Source of the DNA: Dimorphilus gyrociliatus
Lineage: Eukaryota > Animalia > Annelida
DNA length: 64,000 bases
Reading direction: 5' to 3'
Assembly: GCA_904063045.1 (NCBI GenBank)
Contig: CAJFCJ010000006.1
Span: 3,426,408 to 3,490,407 of the forward strand
Shown here: positions 10,674 through 23,300 of the stretch, one piece after another
Numbering within the stretch: position 1 is the first letter of the stretch
Layout of the letters: the number at the start of each line of letters is the position of its first letter
Translations under genes and position numbers: made by a program
The notes under the pieces: model-generated
The model's input: only the letters and a program-made list of their open reading frames with translations
Told to the model about the DNA's origin: nothing
Database searches by the model: none

Positions 10674-13047
10674 TTACTGTAGTAAGTAGAAACACCAGTA
10701 ACAGACGTTGAAAACGAGGAATAGTGAGGGAAAAGCCAGTCTAGAGTACTTGTCTATTTTGTTCACGTCCTTAACACTTGGCATCTTCTGTCGAAGTTCC
10801 TTGGCTCGTTTCTTCAACGTGTTCAATACCTTCTTCTTCTTTTGTGTATCTTTTTGTCCCCGCCGCCTAAGTTGAGTATGTCCACCTCTCATTGAAAAGG
10901 TGGGTCTAGGATATGCCATTCGTAGAGAAGGAGGCATACGGCTAGTTTCTGCTGACTCGTAATTGAAAGTTTGCCTATTTCTCAGGCTAAGTATAGGCGA
11001 CATTCTAACTTGCTGCAATTCGATCGTTTCGTGCTGCTGCTTTTATTATTCTAATTCAGAAATTTCCGATTATAATATTATTTTAACCTACCTGATCGTA
11101 ATCAGCATTATTTATTTCGTTGTTTTGTAGTTTTTGCTCTTTAAGTCTTTTTGCCTTTCTTTTAGCTCTAGCCCCCCAATAGGTATAATTGACTGCTGCA
11201 TATTCGAGTAGAGCGGCAAACACGAAAACGAAACACATAACTAGGTAAATGTCGATGGCCTTCACATAAGAAATACGAGGCAAGGACGATCTTGTACCCG
11301 TACTGATTGTAGTCATTGTAAGCACAGTTGTTATACCTAACCGGAAAATGGGTTAATTAAATAGTAATAGTATTAATTATCAAGGATGAATGTTACCTAG
11401 AGCTACCCTAGCACTAGTTGCCTCATGATTAATCCAAAAGGAGACCCAAGACAACATAACAATGAGTATAGACGGAAGATAGGTTTGGAAAATGAAATAA
11501 CCAATATTTCTTTGAAGCAGGAAGCTGAGCGACAACCTTTGATAAGTACCTGTCGATCAATTGACCCAATTATCTTAATTATCTTTTGCATAAATAGTTA
11601 GTTCATCAAACGCAAATACTTACCAGTATTAAGTTCTTCAACGGTCGATATTGTACGGTGTTTTACGACTGTAAATTGAGGAATTTCTACTTTATCGACG
11701 CCTTCAATACTTCCTTTATTATGCCAAACCATGACAACATCTTGCATAGGATATCCGTAACTTTCAATTTCGACCGTGCAGTTTTGAACATCCAATGGAT
11801 AGTAATGTAAATCCATCATACAGGCCAGAGTGGTCGTAAACCTCATACCATAAGCTATGGAACCATTCCCGTGAAGCCTCACCATCTTATTTTTTTCAGT
11901 AACGTCGTGCAGAAAAGATTTTTTATCGTTGGCGAAAAACGTGTCGGGAACCCAAATCTTCTCAGAGAAATCCCCAGTTAAAGTCATACAATCTGAATCA
12001 TTATTAGAGAAAGCCAATCTGTCATCCTTCCAGTACTGATTCAAGTAAATCGTTATGGTGTAGTCCTACAAAAAAACGATAGAGAAATTGAGTTAATTGC
12101 CTAAAAGGCCACAACGTCTCTCATGCCACATTGCATTTGCCAGGCTCAGTTGATTATATCACGCGGCGACGTCGGAAAGAAATAAAACTGACAACAATAC
12201 GCGCTTGATTGATGGCTGCATTCCATTTCTGACGAATCGATATTCACAAATGCAATCTTTCTACTCACCATATTCACTTCGGAAATGCTATCGAAACTTG
12301 CCAACGATAGTTCCATGCCAATATGCAAAGGGCTACCTAAACGCGGAATAGAAACAGATTGTTACTTTCCACACGAAATATTGGCTGCATTCGGAAAGCA
12401 AATATTCTAAATCGGTTCGCTCTTATAATCCGTTACGCCGTATTTCATAACTTATTCAATACGTTTAGAAAAAAGCCGATTAAAAATTACTGTAGACGGA
12501 TAATCTATATATAAATTATTAATTATGAAAGCAAAAAGTATAAAAAAAAAGGGAAATTTTGACGAGAAGAGATATTATTGCTAGTCTTCCCTACAATTCC
12601 CTACTTTTTCTACGGCAAAGGGAAAAAAGATATGTAACAAAAACGTATCGATTTTCAATTAATTTTTTGCGGGTTTCTCTTGGCGCGTTCGGTTTATTAT
12701 CCGTAATTTAAATCAATATATCTTCCAACCTCCGAATTGTGGTCTTAAACGAATGTCGTAACCATCTAGTAGATGGGCTATCGTTTTTGAGACATTATCC
12801 AATTGCAGGCCTAGTACTTCGTGCCTGGAAAACAATACGGAAGGAGATTATGACGAGGGTAAGAATCGTTACTTTGAATTTATTACAAGGGATAAGTACA
12901 TTAGAGTCGATAGGCCTATCGACAGTCGATTTCGACCTTTAATTAGTCGATAGACTCGATTATTGGAATAATTTTTTAAACTTACCTGAAAATAATGTTG
13001 AGAAACGTTAAGGAGAAGATGATTATCCGAAACGTTCTTCGAGTCAT
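10674..13047 (-). CDS. Cys-loop GABA-gated chloride channel beta subunit (LCCH3/GAB-1-like)
   Basis: Signal-peptide exon [20 protein letters not shown] (ATG at 13047). Motifs [25 protein letters not shown]|[15 protein letters not shown], Cys loop [16 protein letters not shown]2 [23 protein letters not shown], and M4 [16 protein letters not shown]. Confidence 0.95.
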
Positions 13048-13371
13048 GGCATTTCATTAATTAGCCTTAATGATTTCATAGTCCAAACCGAACATTGCGT
13101 TCACAGACAAACACTCGCAAACTACGCATGCGCACTCTGAGGCAACGTCTGGCCAATCCGCCCTCGTCTCTTAGCAAGTAATCACGTTTTCGCTTATTGG
13201 TGCGGGGCGGTTGCAGTTCTGCACCTATTCTGCAATAAGCTGTCTTTGGTACGGAATTAGTTCCAGTAAAATGCTTTAAAGATTCGATTCAAAAAGTGTA
13301 TTGTTCATTCATGGGTTTCAAATAAAAGGAATATTAAGAACAAACATTAACTTTCATTTGTTCTAACATGT

Positions 13372-15436
13372 TTATTCACTAAGTTTGCGGCAAATTCCTG
13401 CTGCAACTTGTCCTAATACGAACGGTTTGGCCTTTTCAATAAGGTTGATTTCAGGGTATAAACTTCTACCAAGACCCTCCACAATAAACATAGCAATCAT
13501 GATTGAAGCAAAATTACTTTCCAGTTTAACTTTATGCTTCGTTAAAATTTGAAAAACTTGGCCTAATAAAAGTGAAACATTAACTCTAGTTAAAGTTAAT
13601 GAGTTTTCTCTAAATTGATTAACTAAAGTTCCTAATTCTTTTCGGAATGCATTTTCGTTCTTGCATTGATGATGCGGTGCGTGCTTCAGCATCAAGTCAG
13701 CGACGTGTTCACCCTGTTTTGAATAAATGATAGATCGGTTATTCGAAAAAAAAAAATCTAAAATCTATTTAGAAAAGGAAACAAACTTCGCCTTGAATGA
13801 TGGATGTAAATACAGCCTTAAAATTGTCTAAATCGTATTCTTCCAAAGACGATGTAATACCAACGTCTAGAAGAACCAATTTAAGAGGCGTCGCAGCAGG
13901 TTTTACGTCAGCTACCAGAGTGTCCCCAATATCGACTAACATAACCTTATTTGCTTGTTTATTGCTCAAATAAGCTTCAGCGTTCTGAACTAGAATATTT
14001 CCTGGATGAAGGTCACCATGAACAAAATTATCGATGAAAATCTAAAAAAAAAAAAAAAACAATTGAAGTAAAGAAAATCGTTAAAAGCAGGTAAAACTTC
14101 AATTTTTTTTTACCATTTTCAATAGAGCCTCTATTCCATAGTTAGCTAAATCCTCTTTTAGATCACAGTCTATCGAATCACTTAAAAAGTTGCTAATCGG
14201 TTCACCTTCCTTCCAAGGGAAAATGTATTAAATAATACTAGATATTCTGATAGAAGAATTAATACATACCTCGAAGGTTTCGACCATTACATTCCTTTTA
14301 CAAAATGGTCGAATAACTCGCGGAAATCGAATATACGGAATGTCCTCGAAGTTTTGAGAAAACTCTTCAAGGCATTTAGCCTCGAACCTTAAATCAATCT
14401 GTTTCGTCATCAATTTTGTGAATTCTTCAACGCACTCTTCTATTGCTATCCATTGTAAACTAGGTATAATTTTTCGACATATTCGTGCAAAGTAACTGAT
14501 TATTTTTAAATCTCTTTGAACACTTCCATAAATGCCTGGATGGAGCACTTTAACAGCAACAGGTATAATCACTGGTTCCGGTTCATCTTCCCCTAATTTT
14601 GACTTCAGTAAATCAATTTTTGATCGGAGTTTAACATCCTCGTCTCCTTCATCGTTATCTTCGTCATCATCGTCATCCTCCCGTCTTCCAAAACCTATTA
14701 ATTCCAAACCATCAGCATAATCTATTTGAGCTTCATCTGACTCGGAGTCAAAGTTGATATCATGTAATATATCCTCGTCAGGGATCATGTTGGCTCTCAT
14801 ATAGGCCTTGTGGCATTGACCTACACAGCCGGAACCCACCGGTACTTTTTCCACGTGAATGAATATTTCCCGCCATTTGGGGCCAAAAGCCGAATGCAAC
14901 TTCCTTTTCGTGGCTCTCCACGAATGCTTGTAACATTCGTCATGCAATTTCGAGAAGAGGTCGCAAAAGAAATCGGAAAATAAGTCGCGGCGAGTGCTGG
15001 CCCATTGGCCGAATTTGATAACAGTTGGTCCTGAAATTTCAACGGCCCGAAGAAATATTTTTAACCAAGTATGTTGTAAAGATTCACTTAATGAGAAAAC
15101 CGGATATACTATCAACAATGGACCAAATGTTAGACTTAACCTAATCCCTCTCCAAAACAGTTTAATGAAATCGTAAATCTTTATGAAAATATTATCAATT
15201 CGTTTCTTAATAGTTTCTTTTGCGAATACTTCTTTTGGAATATTTGCAATAATTTCGTCAGACCGTTCATTGTGTTTACCGCGTCTGAAGGCGAAGGGCA
15301 AAAAGGTGAACGATAGTCGTAAGGGCCGAAGGACATGGGATTTCCTAATTAGCTGAACAACCTGAACGTTAGTTTGATTAAATTTGAATTTTAGCCTACT
15401 GGCAATTAAAACAGTTCTCCTCAACACAAGACGCAT
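13372..15436 (-). CDS. ADCK2: AarF/UbiB-family atypical kinase, ADCK2-like
   Basis: Motifs GPTVIKFGQWASTRRDLF, VGSGCVGQ, VAVKVLHP, QIDLRFEA, FVHGDLHPGNILV, LVLLDVGI and KVKLESNFAS...VEGLGRSL. Confidence 0.9.
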
Positions 15437-15752
15437 TATCTAAACCAGACTGTTCAGTCAAAGATAACCTTCGTACTATATTATCGCTCAACAGTTGTAT
15501 TAAATTTCAATACTTCGTCTAAAATAAATAACGATTACCAATGCATAAGTAAAGAATTAGCATAAAATATCCTGTTACTTTTTTAATCCTCATTCAATCT
15601 CTCTTATCTAAGTAGAAAAAAAGTTTTACATTTCTTGTAAACAACTAGAACACCGCAAAACCGTTCAACCAGGGGGCGACACAGTCTCGCGTATTTACCT
15701 ACGCCATTTCCCTCGGCGTCTTGCAGTTGTTTCCTTCGTTTAGTGGCCAAAA

Positions 15753-16717
15753 ATGGCCACTACCGAATATCATCCAGGTCTTACAGCTTCTCCTAACGTT
15801 GCACCTTCTTCGGAAGCACTCGACCGTTTAAAAAGAAGACTTGAGGACTATAGAAGACACGGTACAGCCAAACATAACCAATTCGATAATTGGTCGAAGA
15901 CTCACTACAGTCAAGAACGGGATCACACGTCTACGTTGCATACTAAATGGGTGGATCAACGAAATGCTGCTGCTCAGAGAAAGCCCGTACCAAGGAAAGA
16001 GCCTAATAATGATCAAAGAGCTGTTTATTTTAATGTAATTTTTTATTTTCCCGCGTTTATTCATGTTCTTTCATTAAAATCCGTCATCCGAAACAGAAAT
16101 TGAAAAGAAAATTAGATAATCAGAGCTCGACTCCAGGACAGCCTCAAGTCAAGTCTTCCAATGTGCCATCTTCAAATGCTTCTTCCTCCGTTAGCGTCTC
16201 TGTTGTACAGCAAATAAACCCTGGAGAGAAGAATACAATTGAAACTCGGTTAACAATTCACACTGGTGAGAACGCTCCACCAGCGGGTTCACCAGCTTCG
16301 GCTCCACCAGTTCCTCCTACCTCTGAATCTCCAAAAAATTACGACATCTGCGAGGGCTTAGAGGACCTGCAAGAACTTCATGAACTCATGAAATCGTTAC
16401 CGCCAGATTTGCTAAACGATTTTAACCCGGATCCGGAATCATCCGGTCCCCCACCTCCTGCCTACCCTCACGAACAAACGTTCGAACCCAATCCAACCCC
16501 CGTTTATAGTTCTGCCAATCAGACGATGTTAACTACGTCGACGGACACCGGTCAAATGTTACCGAATCCTCCTCCAGGCCCGGCGGCTGAGACGCTGAAA
16601 CAATTAGCGGCACAACACCATTGCAACGAGCCTCCGATGGCACCGACACATCACGATCACCCAGCTTATTCCCAACATTCTTCCCCCCCGGCTCCTCCAC
16701 CACCTCATTATTATCAA

Positions 16718-16759
<42 letters not shown>

Positions 16760-17293
16760 GCCCAACAGGCTTACGCAGCAGCCCCTCAACAAACGTATTC
16801 AACGGCAGTTGCAGCCACTGCTCCTCATCTATCTCAAGAACAAGACATACAACACATGCAGACGCATTCGCATACGCATTTGTCGACGTCACAACAAGTC
16901 CACCTGCAAGGTCGCAATATACACATGCAACAGCAAATGGCTATCAGACATCATACAAACCAAATGTATACATCACCCCAGCAGCCACAACAGCCGCCGC
17001 AACATGTCTACGAACAACAACATCAACATCAGCAACAACAGCAGGCATATTTTATGCAACAACATCAAGCAATGCGGCACGCGTATTATCAGAAAATGCG
17101 CGCTCCTCCCTATCCAACGCCACAAATGCGTTTCGCAAGACCACCGAATGCCATGACTAGAGATTGGCAGAGAACATACATGAGTCAATCGATGAGTATG
17201 AGAGCACAAATGCCGCATGAAGCGCGTTTCGACTCCTTTCCCACCGAAGCGGCGTTTATTGACGACCTACTCAGCAGTAAAGTTCCGACTTAG
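15753..17293 (+). CDS. mam: Mastermind-like Notch co-activator, about 492 aa, 2 exons
   Basis: N-terminal MamL-1 helix (LDRLKRRLEDYRRH...ERDHTSTLHTKW). Intron 16035-16096 joins it to KLKRKL, then acidic, Pro- and Gln-rich regions and a C-terminal FIDDLL motif. Confidence 0.85.
16715..16759 (+). repeat. CAG/CAA polyglutamine tract (Q15) in Mastermind
   Basis: Direct reading of the sequence. Confidence 0.95.
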
Positions 17294-18934
17294 TTGCTTC
17301 TATTTTTTATTGTTTTCTTTAAGTAGACTATATAATACTCGAAAAAATTTAACAGTTTTAGTTTATATATTATGTTAAGCTAATACAGTATTAGGCTGTA
17401 GATTAACGATATCTACCTGTTATTTTTGTTTTTCTTTTATAAATTGCCGTATTCTGCTGCATGTTATGGCGTGTGCTATAAATAAACAAAGCGTAGTGAG
17501 GAATATACAGTGTATGTAGCGTTTTTCGTAGAGGCGAAATCTCTTGGGAATTTCGTAGACAGTGCGCTGATTGAGCAGCGCGGATGTACAGATGACCCTA
17601 GGTTGGGCAATCGATAAAACTATTTTCTATTGACTTGGTGCGTCGTTCTTCTCTTTTTTTTCCTTTTTTATTCTCTCAACACTAGACGTCTTCGAAAACC
17701 TACTCGGCGCTAATGCGTCGCGAAAATTCGATTCTCGTCGGTGCCAAGAAAAAGATTCTTTTCGACGTTCCAACGATGTTAGGTAAACGGAGGTGACCGG
17801 TGTTTTTTCTATACATTTTGCTATCGTTGTTCTTTGACTTCTAGCCCCAAGGAAGAAGTCTGTACCTGTACTCTACATTATCAAAAACGGAAGATACTTG
17901 TTATTTTATTGTCAATAACGCACATTGCATACAAACTTATTATGTATGCATTCTCAAATTCATCATTTTACAGACAAATATAATGAATGAAGGCTGCTCG
18001 ACTTCTTTTTTACAGTATTAGTGGCAGAACTACACAAATTGTCAGTTTCTATAAATAGCGTCTGGTCGCACTTTTCTTTGACGGATCCTTTCCATTTATT
18101 CTGGTATCATTCTATATATTATTCATCAACAATCCTACCATTTTATCGTTTTTTTTTTTAAAGTCTTTTATCGACAATCTAACAACGAGCAAATGCTGTC
18201 AGCATATTTCCCATTTTACCTCATTTTCCCAATTATGACGACTATTATTGCACCTAGCATACAGTTACCCTTTTCTTATATAGGATTATTAAACTTCAGC
18301 TCTCGTTAGGAGAATTTATTACTCTTTCAATACATAGTAGAAAGTGGAGATTCAGAGTATAGTCATTGATGGTGAGCTTTAAATGTAAAAAAAACGAGAT
18401 AGTCTGCAAGACGAGACTCTCTTGTGATTGCTGAAAGCAGCAAAGAGGATAAGGTTTCTTTGTTGCGACACAAAATGGCTGCCTTCGATTCAGTTTCGTA
18501 TATGGGCTACAGAGCCTAAGTAAGTTTTTTTATATTCCGTAATCAGATGGATAATATTTATTAGTTATTCAAATACTTCCATCAATAGTTAGTTTTTTGA
18601 AGAAAAAATTCCGAACTATTACTGTGTTTAGTTTATACATGTCGACTACTATATCATAGGAAAATTGGAAGAGTTCTAATTCACTCAATATACAAATAGC
18701 TACAATATGAAAAAACTTAGAAATGTAGGACGTATTCTGTTGGTGTAAATTTTTTTCGGTACGAATACCAGTAAGTCAACCAGTATGAAATATTTTATGT
18801 TAAATTAAAGCGGGTATAAGGCGGTAACGCAATCATCACGCCGAGTATTAATTCAATTTGATATCAACAATTCTTCAATCAAGGATTGCAAAACTGTATT
18901 CAGAGTAAGAATACAAATTGAAAACGGTATAGCT

Positions 18935-20366
18935 CTAACCAAACAAGTCCAATCCCATATCGTCATCATCTGATTCTTCTTCTTCTTCAACCTTCTCTTC
19001 TTTCTTAGCCTCAGTTGAGGCAGCAGCTGGAGCTGCGGCTACGACAAACTTCGAGGGATCGGCCAAATATTCTTTAAGCTGTAAAAAAGAAGTCAACGTT
19101 AGCGTTGCAAACAATTTAATTTTTACTCAATATCTAAGTTAAAATCAGACAGCCTGTCGCTACATTCGTTTGTGTTTCCTCATAGATAATACGGAAAAAC
19201 GCTTCATCATCAAATTGTATATGCCCTACAGCGGCATCTAATCCAAGTGGAACTCAAATTCAGAGTTGTAAAGACTCTAATATATTGGTACGCAAGAGTT
19301 CCATTTCTATAATGAGAAATACTAAATAAAACAAACCATTTTGGCTTCTTCAAACTCTATGTCAGTTACTGCTGCAAGAGCCATTAAATTCTTGAATCCG
19401 TAGATGATTGAATGAGGAACGGAGGCGATTGTGGGATAGTCGATAGCCAAAGATAATGCGGCAACGTTTTGTAAACCACCCATGAATCTATTCATAATTT
19501 CCTCAGACGTGATGTCTAACATGGATGGATCGAAAATGGAACCCTCTTCGTAAACTGTGAGCATTTTCAAACCATAAGAGAAGGGAGAAATGTTCAACAT
19601 GTTTAATAGTGCAGCTTCGCTGGCACCAACTCTCTCATCTAATTTGATCAAATGAACTTCGTTCAAGATTTCAATGGTACCACGGGTGATCTTAGTGGCG
19701 ATTTGAAGAGCTTGAAAGAAAGATGTTTTTTCTGGACCAAGACCTGTGTTTTGTGCAGGTACAAATACATCTTTTGGGGCAAGTGCTCCTGCTCTTGCAG
19801 GGGCAGCTACTTTCTGCTCCAAAATGATGTCACGAATATCAGGCAATGATTCATTAGTGAAAACGAAGCCGATATTTCCCTTGATGTGAGGGAGGAGTCT
19901 GAAAATAAAATTTCAATTAGTAGCCGCTTACATAAATAGTAGTCATTAATAAACTGCCTAGTATCAGACTCCATGAAACATGGATTTTTAATCATCTGAT
20001 CATTACAGCATCAGTGGGTTCTGCCTTTATCAGGCGCTGACACTGCAGATGATTTAAGACGCGAGAGGTATCATCATACACTTAATTATATAGTTGTCTC
20101 TATAGTATTGTAATCATTAAAACTACTCTTACGAACCTTTCCAAAGCAGGATTGGATTCCAAATGTCCTCTGATAGCCTTTCTCATCATCGTGTTCTTTC
20201 CCATAAGAACCACAGCCTTTCCACGGAGTTTAGTACGAATGGACTGCATCTGTTTTGATCCGACATTGTCGGCTCCAACGATAAAGCATTTTGGAAATTC
20301 TTCAAAGAGTTGAATAATACGGGTAAAATAATTAGCCTTCCAAGTGGACTTGTCTTCTTTGACCAT
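18935..20366 (-). CDS. RPLP0: 60S acidic ribosomal protein P0 (uL10)
   Basis: [14 protein letters not shown]...[12 protein letters not shown]...[39 protein letters not shown], and an acidic tail [17 protein letters not shown]. Four coding exons. Confidence 0.98.
19142..19213 (-). ncRNA. Box C/D snoRNA candidate in the last intron of RPLP0
   Basis: On the host strand: C box ATGATGA (19210-19204), C'-like ATGAGGA, D box CTGA (19148-19145). The D box lies about 65 nt upstream of the 3' splice site in an oversized intron. Target not assigned. Confidence 0.6.
19961..20079 (-). ncRNA. Box C/D snoRNA or scaRNA candidate in the RPLP0 intron between coding exons 1 and 2
   Basis: gtATGATGA (C box 20077-20071), internal CTGA and ATGATCA elements, CTGAtac (D box 19967-19964) and a short GTAT/ATAC terminal stem. 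It lies about 64 nt from the 3' splice site. Target not assigned. Confidence 0.65.
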
Positions 20367-23300
20367 CTTTGTGAATCAAAGATTGCCTTACTTAGGTTTA
20401 AAGAAATGCCTGTGTAGAAAAGAGGAAGTCTTAGTTTTGCTCTCTTAATTTTATAATTCTATTAGAATTAACTCTGGCGCTTAATTATTCAATTATATAA
20501 GTTTTTTCACCCTCAGTGAAATGATATTTAAGGTCTAGTTTGGGAGTATATTGGCTACCATAAAAGACGATCGGCTTCCACGTGTTTAACATGGAGTCGT
20601 TAATATCTGCATTATTATATATTTTTTAGAGGTCATTTTCTCATTACTGCGATAAATTACTTAAACTTTAAAGAGGAATGAGAAAATTGTCGGAAAAATG
20701 ACGTAAATTTGGCATATTTGAGTGATTTTTTTGTTGAGACATGCTACTTACCACGCTATAACCAAACGCAAAAGGACGTCACGTGAGTTCCGGTTCTGAA
20801 CATTACTTTCGTAAAACTAATTTTATTTATATTACACCATGAAACTACATATTTTAAACAATTTTTTAATATATTACCGGATTTATATAATTAAATGAAA
20901 AGATTCGAAAATAATTAAAAAATTTTCTTCCCCAAACAGTAATTAATAATAGTTTAGAGCAAAAATACAACTCCCTGAAAGAAACAGCCACATTTCTAAT
21001 AATCTAATTAAATATACATGAAATGTAAGACTTGAGTAATAAAGCAAATTAAAAGATCCTTTTTGCAATTCTAAAAGCCTTTCTTTCTTACCATTCTTAA
21101 CGAATATATATATTTTTCGTATCTTTAGTAATAATTTATAAGGATCGCTAGAAAAAAGATATCTAAAATAAACATAAACTAGAATCTTCTGTTTTTTTTT
21201 GTACTGGGAATCTAAAAGAGCATCCTATGCTAAATAGGTTTTCTTTTTCTTCTCGCATAAAAATTGCATTTAATTCGACGCAGTGCTGACAATGTTTGCA
21301 CAACTTCATTGACAGAACAAAAAAGTACACCATCATGTCTCGAAGGCAAAAAATTCCCCTTGAAATATGTATAGTTTAATTTTCTAATTGTCAAGGTCAA
21401 TAACCTGCAAATATTCCAGCAACCGAATATCTTCTCTGTATTTCGAGGAACGAAAATATTATAGATGATAAATATGAGACTCTTATGACCAATTATATCT
21501 ATATAAAAAATTCTGGTTTGTCACAAACACAAGCTTCTGACGACATATGTTGCAGATTGATGAATTTTTGCCTAATATAACCGTATTCTTTACCATTCGA
21601 TCTCATTTCACTTTGTTCGAACATTTTTTTGTATGCGTTTCAAAGAAAAAGGAAATTGTTCGTAGTGAATCGGTTAAATCCATTTAATAGAATTCTTATT
21701 AACAGCACTTTCAATTGGTTCCTTCAACTTTCGTTCATTCGTCATTATGAATAATTAAATTTATTCGAATAGAATTCAATCGAACAAAGTGTAAATTTAA
21801 AAATTTAATTATAGTCGAAACAATCTTTGTAAATGAGGCATGCGAAGACACCAGATGGCAGAGGTGTCAATAAATAGATCAAGGAACACTCGAAAAAGAC
21901 TTTTGAATGTAAGACAATTTCCGTCATGGATTTATGTCAACAGCGTGAAATTACTTTTTTTAGTTACTTGTATTGGCTTTCTTTAACCATAGACTATATC
22001 AACTACGCTGCTCTATGCAGTCTATTTTAAAAAAAAATATGCAAAGACCCGTAATCCTTACATTCTGTATTTAGGTTATTCTAACTAAGAGAAAGTGTTA
22101 TGTTAAAACAGATCAAGAAATTTCGAATGAGCATTGAAATTTAAATGATAAGTTTAAACAGCTGGATTTTATGAAACATTCCGAGAATAGTATGTCTAAT
22201 TATAATAAAACATAGAAAAGTCTTACATCTTTCTATAACAAAGTAAAAGTATTTGTAATAAAACTTAATTTCTATTTTGAATTCGTATTAAAAGAAATAC
22301 AAAATTTGTAAACTTTGCCTTTCGTATACATCATATCTCTATTCCACTGTTCATACATTTCTTATCGTGAAGTCATAGTCAAAAATAACTTTATAAAGAA
22401 TGTAGCGTGTGTGCATAGAATCGCTATATTATTCAGTTATAAATAACAATTACAATAAAAACAAGCAGAAGACCTTAAAGTTCATGGACGCTAATCAGTT
22501 TAAAAACAATAAAGTCTTATAATGAGTTTTCTAAATCTTATATTACAAAATATTCATCTTATCTCTCTCTATCTTCAAACGGTTTCTCCTATGAAATTGC
22601 TTAGTCCAGCTACGTTAAGAGATCAGGTATTCTCTATCCTACTTTCCTTAATATCGCATTTTTTTCTTTTGGTATTTTCAGTTTATCCCTCCTATTTATT
22701 ATTTAAAATGGCTTGGAATGATAATAAAACAAATTTTAACTAATTCATTCACCACTGTGAATATAAATGTGTAAACGCTTGTTTCGGTGTTGACTATAAT
22801 AAAAAACAACGAAAACATGCAAGTTGAAGGTATACGGATCTCATGGAACAGGCTTTTCCTAATAATAACTTATTATATTATATGAAAGTATTGCCTACTA
22901 GTAAACGCTTAGTATATACATATATAGTATATGTATAGGTCATATTTTCGTAATATATTAAAAACTTTGGTTGGGTTATTCCAAATTTCCTTAACAATGA
23001 TTGAACTCTTTCTATGTTTCCTGGTATTTCTCATCTAGACAAATGACGAATGTAAAAAAACACTATGCTTAGCGGATGGAGGATGAATAGAAAACCATCT
23101 GGTTACGGATTGTAATAGCCAAAAGATTTAGATATCCTCACTCTAGAGCCATATTAATAATAAAACAGTAATACTTAAGTAAAATTGATTAACTAAATAT
23201 TCTATTATTAGTATTGAACTATTTTTTTAGTAAGATTTAATATTAAGTTTATATTTAGTCAGTTTGCTACGATAACAATAAAGATATTTGAGAATGTCAT

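Noticed and set aside
12067-12270. Rdl-like duplicated exon in the enlarged GABA receptor intron
   Set aside because: No second DYT..YLNQYW-like exon is present.
16533-17218. Several overlapping ORFs on both strands (16533-16892, 16604-16792, 16621-17160, 16809-17156, 16973-17218)
   Set aside because: Shadow frames of the GC-richer, CAG-repeat Mastermind exon, where stops are scarce. No independent motifs.
18474-18525. ATGGCTGCC...TAA 14-codon ORF followed by gtaagt
   Set aside because: Too short, and no convincing downstream acceptor was found.
22522-22743. 73-aa hydrophobic ORF in the gene-free region next to Snail
   Set aside because: Low-complexity T-rich translation with no splice or motif support.
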